Assembly: GCA_000934665.2 (NCBI GenBank)
Contig: KZ538239.1
Span: 62,001 to 115,199 of the forward strand
Length of the DNA stretch: 53,199 bases
DNA from: Catajapyx aquilonaris
Taxonomy: Eukaryota
Reading direction: 5' to 3'
Shown here in pieces: positions 1-9,939 of this stretch; the first letter of the stretch is position 1; each line of letters begins with the position of its first letter. A program made the translations under genes and the position numbers. Below the pieces are notes generated by a model. That model did not search any database, had not been told where the DNA came from, and worked only from the letters and a program-made list of their open reading frames with translations.

Positions 1-867
1 AAAAAGAGTATTATACACTTCACCTCTTGAGAGAGAAGTCTTCGGGCACATGATGGTATCAAGTCACATTTTATGTCTAGCATAATACAAAATGTCAAAT
101 GACTTATGCAATAATGGCATTATAATATTAGAGCAGTCTTTTAAGAGTCACTGGAAGTGCAGTAATGTCTCTCATGTAATCTGTGTATGATTAAAATGAC
201 ATGAGATGGCATACCATGAATTTAACGTCTAAGAGAAATCAAAATTATTGTGGCATACGTGTAATGTGACTTACCATTATGCTCCCAAGTCTACATGGAT
301 TGCCATGAACCTGATTATTAATTAGTGAAGTAATCATTCAAGGCAGAGATCTCAAATTGTTCTATCCTGCATAATACAACTTTACAAAACACCTGTACAA
401 ATTATGACACTGGAAACATTTCATTATACACTTAATTGCACATCAATGTACCTTAATTTTATACATTTTTTCAAAAAAAAAAAAAAAAAATGGATACCAC
501 AAGGTTCAGATCTAAAGTACACACAATTATAGCTGTCAACACTGACACCAACACTCATATGTTTGTAACTACATACCTGTACTCTGCTGCACTAAATGGC
601 ACTTTCTTTGGTTTCCAAGATTGGTAATTATGACAGTGGCTGTCAATATAAAGGCAAGTAGTTCTATGGGTTCCCACGTGAGAATAGACAACAGTTACTA
701 CCATACCAAAATGTCAGTAGAAAACACTAAGGGGGTATCCAATTATTATGAAATTGTACAGTATACAAACAGGCCACAATTACATTGGGGGGGGGGGGGG
801 GGGNGGGAAAAGAAAATGTCCGCATAATACTGCTTATTAATAATATTGCACTCAGGTCCATTTTTTT

Positions 868-2840
868 TCAACGACTAATGTTCCTGGATTGGAATTTCTC
901 AAATTCAGTCAGGAACAGGTGGTTAACTTTCCCGCAGTTGGTGCCTTCAGTCTCCTTCAAGTATTTTTGAAGCTTCGTCCACAAATGGCGCAGGTCTGAC
1001 CCCAACTCAAACTGTAACAAAATGTGCATGTTACTTCTGTGAAATGTGACTAACATGTTAAGTAACCTCCCCTGCACACTACATCACTCATTACAAAAAC
1101 AGTAAAATAAAAAAAAGCACTACATCAATTCTACTGTATTAGGTCGGTACCATCAATTCGTAATTCGTACGTACCTCTTCCATGGCCTTGTATACGGCCT
1201 TAAAAGCGATCTGCTTATTGTTGTGGAAGCTGCCTCGATTTCCATGCAGGACAGCAACTCCGTCTTCCTCTGCACTTTTGCAAACACTATTATACATGCA
1301 GTGGTCCGGACGGAAGTTGTATCGGCATGGGTAAATATAAAGTTTATCTGCAAAAGAAGCCATTCCTTCACAACTTGTACGAGTGTCTCTCAACAAATAA
1401 AAAATTGCATTAAATTATGGCAAATATATCGCATTGGTCAGTTGATCATGTCAAACTCACTTCTGACACTTTCATGACAGACTTACATTATTAAAATCAT
1501 TTAAGCATAATCATGAATGAGTCATTCAAACCTGGATGATAATGGAAGATAATGTTGATTATGTCCTGATCTCCCCAAGTGATCTTCAATTTGTACTTCT
1601 GGTGGATTGGAATTACGTATTCTCGCCAGCCAAAGCGTCGCATCCGGGTCAAGTTCATCAACATCACTCCAGAGTTGACTCCTATGGAAGAAAACACAGC
1701 TTTTCACAATCCTTTGCTAAAGGTGAATCTGTCGTCAAATTTTCAAATTAAGCACTTTCTATGCAGAAGTGCAGAACATTATTTCACAAATCAATAATAA
1801 AATGTACACAAAGACTTACCCAAAGGCTCAAAATATGGATGCCGTGCAAATCTGTTGTACCAGCCTGTTGCAAAGTCCTCGTGTTCTGGAGTTAGGGCGG
1901 CCATGTGGCTTGAGTTCATCCTGGAGAAGTGCTGCCATATCTCCTCGACTGGGACCAGGAACAAGACATCGGTGTCCACGTACAAGAGAGAGTCAATGTG
2001 CTTCAGAAGTGACTGAAATAATTCAATTTGCGCAATATTCAACTGTATAGGTAGCCAACATTTTTTTCGTTGGCTCATCACATGTGTTAGAACCATTTTT
2101 ATACAATATGACAACAAACACGGATTTTAATAATTTCCTGGTTTTGTCTCAATAAGTAGTGTACGTCAATGTTTCAATTACTTTGAATTAGCAACTTGGA
2201 CTTACTGGTAAGAACAGCCTCTGCGCAGCACATGGCTTAAATAACCTCTTCCATTCGCCAACATTCCCATCAACCGGAAAAGTGATGGGTAATATCTCAT
2301 ATGTGATCCTCTGTTTCACTGCCGCAGGCCATGTTTGCAACTGGAAATATGCACATTTATAATCACAGATTTGATGAAATCTCAGTTACATACCATTTTC
2401 TCAAACTGTGGTATGAGATTCTTCTCCGCCACTATTATAAAATGCAGTGGTACTTGAGTGAGTAAAGTGGATGACTTGAGCATTACCATGGTTTCGTTTA
2501 ATCTCTCCCCGCAGGCAACCACTGCCAAGTTGACACGTGACCTGTGGGAGAAGGGATCAAGTTACTCTCGCAAATAGTGGTATTGCAACATGAAAATCAC
2601 ATGCAAAGCTTACATATTGTTCTTGAGTGTTGGTTTGATGACTGGCTTGACCCTGAACTCGGACTGAGTGCTGGATAGGATGGTGAGGATGGGTTCCCTG
2701 GCATCGGACACCATCTCAGCATTGCCTACCACTTGGTCTTCAATCTTCAGGATCTGGCTCTTGTCTGTTCCAAGAGTCAGGTAGACCAGCAGGAGGCATG
2801 TGGCTGCCACCAGCAGGACTGCTCGTAGCAGGAATTTCAT
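868..2840 (-). CDS. GXYLT1: Glucoside xylosyltransferase (GT8 family; GXYLT1/2, Drosophila shams-like), 7 coding exons, about 389 aa
   Basis: Exons (minus): 2614-2840, 2394-2541, 2206-2340, 1820-2012, 1532-1681, 1175-1347, 868-1011; all GT-AG, phases consistent, total 1170 nt. N-terminal signal anchor [23 protein letters not shown]; family motifs [31 protein letters not shown] (DxD), [50 protein letters not shown]. An acceptor at 2848-2849 implies an upstream non-coding exon. GXYLT1 vs GXYLT2 is a vertebrate distinction; symbol denotes the family. Confidence 0.95.
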
Positions 2841-3085
2841 ACTAATGCTGAAAATGAACAGCAGTTTAGTAATGAAACACATGCAAACAAGTCCAATGAC
2901 AGAGGCACAAACGAGGCAACTATTATGCTGTAAAGCACAGTGCCGAATGTTCCTGCACAGCAATTATGTTGACAGAGGCGTGCCAGCGAGATAAACCGTA
3001 CTTTATGGCCAGATAGCACCTTCCTTCCCCTTTGTCAAGCTGGTTCATTATCCTACCTTGCTTTATGAGTCAGTCTAGAGTGTAT

Positions 3086-3405
3086 TGAATGCCGAGCATG
3101 TATAACTGAAAACACAAGGATAAATTTCTTTGAAAAGGCAGCAACACCACTTGAAAAATCAACCAGGCGAGAGACGCTGCAACTTGGTTGATATAACAGG
3201 CTCTCATAATTCACGCTCGCTACGTGTAATCGAACAGAGGCGTAACAAACCCTCATGGTGATTACACGGTTTATTAGCTTGTGTCTCGGCAATAAATCTC
3301 TTCTCAGGTGCTACGTTTTCAAGCTAAGATTTTACAAGTGGTGTTGCTGCCTTTTCAAAAAAAAAAAATATCCTTGTATTTTCAGTTATACATGCTCGGC
3401 ATTCA
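3086..3405. mobile_element. MITE-like fold-back element with about 75 bp imperfect inverted arms
   Basis: 3086-3160 (tgaatgccgagcatgtataactgaaaacacaagga...aaaaggcagcaacaccacttgaaaaatc) is the reverse complement of 3328-3405 (gattttacaagtggtgttgctgccttttcaaa...tccttgtattttcagttatacatgctcggcattca) with few mismatches; spacer about 167 bp. No target-site duplication identified. Confidence 0.7.
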
Positions 3406-3819
3406 GTGCTCCGATCATGCCCCAGCCCCCGTGGGTGACGCATAATTGCAGTTCTACAGTATAACAACAGCCCAGCCCTGCAAGAAAGGATAAATTGGCA
3501 TGTATACTCTCCCTGCTTACAATTATTTTTCAGTCTTCTGGGTCAAAACATGATCTCCTCCATCCTGCAGCAGTTGTTGTCCTTCTTTTCCCTTCCCCCC
3601 CTTTTAACACCAACTGCTTTCCAAACCGCAGGCTTCCAAGCTCATCCCAACTGCAAATGGCACGCAACCTGCACCCAGGCAGCTCACACACGGCTCTAAT
3701 AATACTACCGAGCCATCATTAACAAACTAATTATACCGCAAAAAAAAGAGAAAAAGCTTCATGCAAAAGCTTCATGTGAGAAATATATATATAAAAAAAG
3801 AGGAGTATTTGTCATTCAC

Positions 3820-3991
3820 AACATGTGCGCACGTGGCCTACTACCCGTGCTGCTCCACTCGCAGCGTTGCGCAGGTAGTAGGCGGCGCTCACATTTGGTC
3901 ACTTTCGAACGACGAACGTTCGATTCGCCGTACGTTGCATTGTCTTAGTTTTTCTTTCGTTGTTCGAGCCTGCTTCGAGCACAGTACAGCA
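3820..3991. promoter_or_regulatory. Probable divergent promoter/5' leader region for ISY1 and the GXYLT gene
   Basis: CpG-rich stretch directly upstream of the ISY1 ATG between head-to-head genes; contains TGCGCACGTGG (NRF1/E-box-like). TSS not determinable. Confidence 0.4.
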
Positions 3992-5055
3992 ATGGTAAGT
4001 ACTGGGTTGTGTTGGGCAATTACTGCAGGTACTAACCTCTGTACACTTACAGGCACGCAATGCGGAAAAGGCAATGTGAGTATATTCATCGGTTGGTTCC
4101 CAGCAACTTGTTCATATGCAATTTAACACACCACCTTTTTTCCCCCCATATTCAGGACAACGCTTGCCAGATGGCGAGCGGCACAGCTTCAAGAGCAAGG
4201 GAAAGAGAAAGAACGGCGTCCGTACTTGGCGTCGGAATGCGGCGACCTACCAAAAGCCTGCAAATGGCGGATGCAGATAATCCGTGAGATTGCGAAGAAG
4301 GTGGCGCAGATACAGAACGCAGGGCTAGGTGAATTCAGGATCAGGGACTTAAACGATGAGATCAACAAGCTGCTGCGAGAAAAGGGGCATTGGGAGATGC
4401 GGATTAAGGAGTTGGGCGGACCAGATTACTCCAGGGTTGGCCCACGGATGCTGGACCACGAGGGGAAGGAGGTGCCGGGTAACAGGGGCTACAAGTATTT
4501 CGGAGCGGCCAAGGAGTTGCCTGGAGTTAGGGTGTTGTTTGAGCAGGAGCCGCCACCGCCGCCGAGAAAAACTAGAGCAGAGTTGATGAAGGATATTGAT
4601 GCGGATTATTACGGCTACCGAGATGATGACGATGGAATTTTGCATCCGCTGGAATCGGCGGCGGAGAAGGAGGCAGTGAGTCAGGTGGTGGAGGAATGGA
4701 AGAGGAAGAAGGAGGCAGGTTTGCTTGGGAAGGAGGCGGAGGAGAATGCGGATGATCAAGGGACAGACATTTATGCCGTCACAAATGACTCGGATGTGAG
4801 TTTCGTATGCAACTAATGCACACGTAGCCTAACCTTTCTAACAAACTGATTCCATTTTTCCAGTCAGAAGAAGAGTCTGGAGATGTTGAAAGTGGGGACC
4901 AGCCGCGGTTTATCGCACATGTACCAATCCCATCACAGAAGGAAGTGGAAGAGGCACTGCTGCGACGAAAGAAACAAGAACTTCTCGAGAAATACACGAG
5001 CGATCATCTTCGTCAAGAAGCTGAGGAAGCCAAAAGCCTACTGGGAGTACAATAA
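3992..5055 (+). CDS. ISY1: Pre-mRNA splicing factor ISY1 (NineTeen complex), 4 coding exons, 285 aa
   Basis: Exons: 3992-3994 (ATG only), 4053-4075, 4156-4795, 4864-5055; total 858 nt. Translation MARNAEKAMTTLARWR...RRPYLASEC...IQNAGLGEFRIRDLNDEINKLLREKGHWE...GNRGYKYFGAAKELPGV...YYGYRDDDDG...FIAHVPIPSQKEVEEALLRRKKQELLEKY is the ISY1 signature. Confidence 0.97.
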
Positions 5056-5084
5056 AACCACAATTTTGCCATTCGTGTTCTCTT

Positions 5085-5297
5085 TTTAATGATGGGTATT
5101 TACACGATGCGTATACACGTCCATACAAAAAATAAGGGATCTTTCTTCTCATGTACATATTGTACAGTAGGGTTTATGCTAATTCTGCAGCACCAAACAG
5201 TTTTTTTTTTTTTTTTTTTTAAACAAGTAAAAGTCCCCCAAATTTCCCCCCTGTCCAAAACATGTCGGAAGTGTAATAAATAAATTCCATAAATAAA
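5085..5297. terminator. Candidate polyadenylation signals of the convergent ISY1 and SLC35E1 genes
   Basis: Plus strand AATAAA at 5275-5280, 5279-5284 and 5292-5297 (also 5051-5056 overlapping the ISY1 stop); minus strand ATTAAA at 5085-5090. Confidence 0.5.
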
Positions 5298-5305
5298 AGC
5301 TTGTT

Positions 5306-7509
5306 TCATACAGATTCAGTGCGATGTTTATGGAAACCATTGTGGTGGGTAATTCCGTTAGAGATTGGCTGTGGGATGAAGTTAGTCCGGTTGAACTGGT
5401 TGTATTCCCACAGAAGGTTATTGTCCTTCTGGTATTGATTGGTCATTGGAATGACGCTCTGGTACTTTCTCACTTGATTGGCATCGTACTTGGCCTGAAA
5501 CAAATTTCATGATGTTATGTTTTATGTAGATATATGTACTTGCTTGAGCGTACCTTGTTGTAGAAAAGGACTCCAAAAATGGCTACACACATCCCCACCA
5601 CATTCATCGGGGTGACTGGATTCCTGAGCAAGAACAGTGACACAGTTATAATGCAGATTCGCTTCGAGGCATTGGCCACTGCATAGGTCAGAGGAGTCAC
5701 AAGCGACAACACGCTGAACGCAATAATATTTTGCAGCCAGTTGAGCATTCCATCCGCAAACAGCAGCATCAAAATGTTGATGGTTCTGTCACTGTTGAGC
5801 TGAAGTGAATTGTTAGCCGTACATTTGTAAATGCGGGACAGTTCGCTTGGTACTCACTGGAAAGGAGTCTACGATAATTCTTCTGAAATCGACGACCATC
5901 CAGACTGGAAGGAACATGAAGAGGGCCAGTTTTCCCAGGATGTGAAGGAGCCTCAGATGGTGGACCCCAGTGTCGTGAAGCACCTTCTTGGAGAAGATGT
6001 TCTGGAGGGAAAAGCCCATCGTCGCTACCAAAGCGGAGACGAGTCCCACCAGGTCGAAGGAGATCTCAGTCACGGTGGCAATTGCGACTCCAACAATGAT
6101 GGGCACCAGGGAGAGGTACACCCTAGTGGTCTGCCGGTCACCCAGGAGCACGCGGCCAAGGACTACCGTGAAGAGCGGCATCGTGGCTTTCACTGTTGGC
6201 AGAAGAAATTAGGATGAGATACATAAAAGTTTCGACGGCACGGACTTTATTAATCTTTTAACTTGATCAATACTGCTGTCGTAGTAACACGGTTCTTTTT
6301 CCCTTGACATGTAAGGTATTGATCCATTACAGTCAAGTTCACATTATAAAATATTGCGATCATTTCAGTAATTTTATGTGCACATCAGTTTGGCGGTATG
6401 CAAAACAGATGTTTTACAAAAGAGCCACACATTGTCGAGGGAAAAAAACCGCTTACTGATACAACTCCATTCAGAAAACGACCCACTATTTATGGATGTT
6501 GCAATTGTTGGCACCTGTTATCTCAAAATGTGAGCTCCGTGAAAATTACAAGACGTCTCGTACTTCTGCAGCTGCCATTTAAAAAAAACCAAAAGCGCAA
6601 ATTGTGCTCTCATCTCTCTTCCCTCATCATCAATTATAACTGAAAAAATTATCTACGAAACCACAGCCTTCCATCTCGATTCCTCCAACCGGCCTTTAGG
6701 AAGAACATAAAAAATCACTGGAGCATCACACTAATCCAGGACAACACGTTATGAAAGTGTGAAGAAATGACATAACCCCAGAGAACCTAACGAAGCATGG
6801 CTATACGAACCCATTAAAACTACATCCACGTGACCAGCAGCCCAAAACAGAAAAAAAACGTCAAATTTTAGCGCAAATCAGTAAATTATAATTAAATAAT
6901 TAATAAAACAATGGCAATAAAAATAAAACTGATTTGTCCAGTGCTTCCTGCCTTCAGGTTAATTTAAATTAATAATTATAATCTATTATTGATTGAGCCA
7001 GTTCTTCGCACAGACCATTTCCATGGTAAGATACTCAACAACAGCCAATAATTTTTTAAAATAAATTCCACCGTTGTCACGGACAAACTTTCCCTTTTAT
7101 ATTATGTACGATAAATTAATAGTAACAGTATTATTCCTGGGCAAATCTGCTGTGGAATGAGCGCAACCTGCGGAGGTATACCTGTGTGTGCGTATGAGAC
7201 GGGCACCTTCCAGATGGAGACGTGCGAGGAGACGGATGCGAGGCACTTGCCCATTGCGAGAGGGACCACGACCCTCCAGTAGTAGGGCCAGCTGACGTCG
7301 AAGAACTTCCTGACCCCCCAGAGGTTGAAGAGGGGTCCGGAGTAGAGGGTGATGGACAGGAGCTGGACCATGGTGAGGGTCAAAGGGTAAGGGAAGTCCG
7401 TCAGAACCGTCTTGCCCACCACGTTGTTGGAGGAGCTGACCAGGTACCACAGCAGGCAGAGGACGAGGACCTTGGCCACCTCCCTTCTCTGCTGGAGGTC
7501 AGGGGTCAT
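5306..7509 (-). CDS. SLC35E1: Solute carrier family 35 member E1 (triose-phosphate/nucleotide-sugar transporter family), 4 exons, about 365 aa
   Basis: Exons (minus): 7182-7509, 5858-6192, 5554-5799, 5306-5494; total 1098 nt. Motifs [94 protein letters not shown]. Start at 7509 chosen by homology logic; the frame is open upstream to ATGs at 7677 and 7689. Confidence 0.95.
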
Positions 7510-7671
7510 CCTGGATGGAACCACCAGGAAGGGCTGTTGCTGGAGACGTGTCTGCAGCCAGCTGCAGCCGAAAAGGGGGGAGAAAGCGGCTCCATCTGTG
7601 CCTCTGTACGTGGTGCTGCCCTCGGGGCCATTGAATTTACAGAGATTAAAGCACGGTTCAATTGCGGCACG

Positions 7672-7794
7672 CCCCATTTTTAAGTGCATTGCGAATTATG
7701 TTCTGGAATTTTTCAGAATTATTAAGAAAGAAGAAGAAGAAAAAAATGTCAGCTGGACAATCAGGGTTGCCAACAGAGGTTTCAAAATGGCGGC
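7672..7794. promoter_or_regulatory. Compact bidirectional promoter between SLC35E1 and fukutin with YY1/PHO-like motifs
   Basis: AAAATGGCGGC on + at 7784-7794 (YY1 consensus) and AAAATGGGGC on - at 7672-7681, pointing away from each other about 100 bp apart between head-to-head genes. Confidence 0.5.
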
Positions 7795-7921
7795 GGAAAA
7801 AATTATGCTCTGTCCACTTCTGGCTGGTTTATTGCCCTTTTTGGGGGTGACCGTTGGGTCTGGATGGCTGAGGATGCTGGAGATGGATGCAGGGGACGGT
7901 TGCGGTTCGTTTGATGGGTGA
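7787..7921 (+). other. Putative 44-aa upstream ORF in the first exon of the fukutin transcript
   Basis: AAAATGG Kozak context; MAAEKIMLCPLLAGLLPFLGVTVGSGWLRMLEMDAGDGCGSFDG*; followed 3 nt after the stop by donor AAG|GTAGGG (exon end 7924). Depends on an unmapped TSS. Confidence 0.35.
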
Positions 7922-7985
7922 AAGGTAGGGGCTGTTTTCCCTGAATTGAGATGTGAAGTACAAAAATGTGCGTGCTTTTCCAGAC

Positions 7986-8428
7986 ATGAGTTGATACTTC
8001 ACGGGACTTCTACAGGACTTTCAAGGACTTCACGGACTTCACGGACTTCAGCCGGACTACTAAGGACTTCGCGGACTTCTCCCGGACTTCCAAGGACTTC
8101 ACGGACTTCAGCCGGACTACTAAAGACTTCTGCCGGACTACTAAGGACTTCTACCGGACTAGTAAGGACTTCAGCCGGACTTCAGGGAGTTCTACCGGAC
8201 TGATGAGTTGATACTTCACGGGACTTCACGGACTTCAGCCGGACTTCCAAGGACTTCACGGACTTCTACCGGCCTACTAAGGACTTCACGGACTTCTACC
8301 GGCCTACTAAGGACTTCACGGACTTCTACCGGACTACTAAGGACTTCACGGACTTCTACCGGACTACTAAGGACTTCACGGACTTCTACCGGACTACTAA
8401 GGACTTCAGCCGGACTTCACGGACTTCA
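7986..8428 (+). repeat. Hierarchical GGACT minisatellite (9, 10 and 11 bp subunits; 30 bp higher-order unit; two blocks offset by 217 bp)
   Basis: Subunits ggacttcac, ggactactaa, ggacttctacc/ggacttcagcc; ggacttcacggacttctaccgg(a/c)ctactaa repeated in tandem across 8251-8400; both blocks begin atgagttgatacttcacgggacttc (7986 and 8203). 37 exact GGACT copies counted by hand. Confidence 0.95.
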
Positions 8429-8471
8429 GTGTGCGCAGAACTTCAGGAGTGACTGACCCCCTCAGGTTGAG

Positions 8472-9939
8472 ATGATAAGGAAGAAGCATGTCCTGTCAGC
8501 TGTTGTCATTTTGGGGTCTGTCCTGGTCCTGTTCCAGTTCCTGCTTCTGTGGCTGCTGTCGGACTACACGGAGCATCGGAGCGTGGTGCTGGAGGATGTT
8601 AACTTGCTTCTGTCCATAGCTACGGAGTCGCAGCTGCCTCTAGTCCTAATAGATCCGGCGGCTCTTCGGTCGTTGGAGCGTGGATCTGCCGCTGATGAAA
8701 ACTTGTGCTTTCATTTTTGTGCGGCGCAGAATGTACTTGCGTTTGCCACCTTGCACTCGTCGTTGTCTCAGCGCGAGAAGGTGATTCCGGCCCTGGTTAG
8801 TCATGGGTTCCAGGTCTTCCAGTTTCATGGGGTGAACCCAATGAAGGCTGATTTGACCGAGGTTGACTTGCTGCCCATTGGGTTCATGCTCAGGAGGAGC
8901 GGAGCTGTCCTTGAAGTGATCCTGTTTCACGAGAGGGATGGGAACTTCTGGTGGCATGGCAGCTTCGATGCGGACATGATGTATGCAGAGAAATTGGAGG
9001 AGCTCGGGCTGCCCTTGGAAGAAGTGCATATTGGGAAGAGGGAAGGTGCTTACGACAAGTAAGGTTTATTAGGGTAAGGTTCCCATCCAATGCACTAATT
9101 GCAATTTTTACAAATAGATTCGAGTGCCACAAGGTGACTTTGGACAGCTTGAAAGTTCAGATCCCGACAAACGCAACGGCCTTCCTGATGCAGATGAGCC
9201 AGTCGCATTTTCTGGAGTGCAACCGTATGCTGGCTCGTCGGTTCAACGAGCGGTTCGGACAGGATGTCAGCTCTGATGCCACCAAATTCAGGCATCGTGC
9301 CTGGAAGCTCTTGGCCAAAGCGAGGACCTTGCTAGACGGAATTGGAGTCAGATTCTGGTTGAGTAGTGGCACCTGTCTCGGATATTTTCGAGAGTGTGAC
9401 ATAATCCCGCACTCAAAAGATGTGGATCTAGGTGTTTGGATTTGGGATTATAGCCCTCGAATAGTTTCTGAGTTTACCTCGCATGGACTGGTCCTGAAGC
9501 ACTGGTTCGGAAGAGTGAATGACAGTTTGGAGGTTTCCTTTCAGGAAGGGGACATAAAGCTGGACATATTTTTCTTCTATGAGGAAGGAGACACGTACTG
9601 GAATGGGGGCACTCAGGCTAAATCAGGAAAAAAGTTCAAGTATGTCTTCCATAAATAGGTTTGATATATTTAAACAAAGTCGCAATACAGAATAATAATA
9701 TGTTGATGTTCTCTTGCAGATATGTGTTCCCCAAGTTTACCCTTTGCTGGACAGAGTTTCTAGAGCTGAAAGTTCGTGTTCCATGTGAGACCCGCTCATA
9801 CATTGAAGCCAACTACGGACTGAATTGGTTTGAGCCAGTGAAGGAGTGGGATTGGAAGAGCAGCCCTTCTAACGTGCAGGAGAATGGACAGTGGCCGGAA
9901 GCTGAATGGCCTCAAGTCATTAAAGTATACAATGTGTGA
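8472..9939 (+). CDS. FKTN: Fukutin (ribitol-5-phosphate transferase, LicD/nucleotidyltransferase fold), 3 coding exons, about 442 aa
   Basis: Exons 8472-9058, 9118-9639, 9720-9939; total 1329 nt. N-terminal signal anchor; fukutin motifs [39 protein letters not shown] (DxD), [73 protein letters not shown]. Confidence 0.96.

Noticed and set aside
787..807. G run containing an N (another N at 44990)
   Set aside because: Assembly ambiguity in G-rich sequence; ORFs crossing these positions are not credible.
4349..7683. Long antisense ORFs over ISY1 and SLC35E1 (4349-4759, 5831-6217, 7222-7683)
   Set aside because: Shadows of GC-rich coding exons on the opposite strand with no independent homology.
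7986..8428. CRISPR-like appearance of the GGACT array
   Set aside because: No unique spacers, no cas genes, eukaryotic context; it is a minisatellite.
8200..8456. CTGATGA at 8200 and CTGA at 8453 as a C/D snoRNA or hammerhead core
   Set aside because: No terminal stem, interior is simple repeat, and no downstream GAAA or stem II.
9638..9735. The start of the last fukutin intron (AAG TAT GTC TTC CAT AAA, KYVFHK) mimics the next exon start (YVFPK), suggesting intron gain by duplication
   Set aside because: Similarity is about 15 nt and partly forced by the GTATGT donor consensus; I recall vertebrate FKTN having an intron at the equivalent codon (unverified), which would make it ancient.
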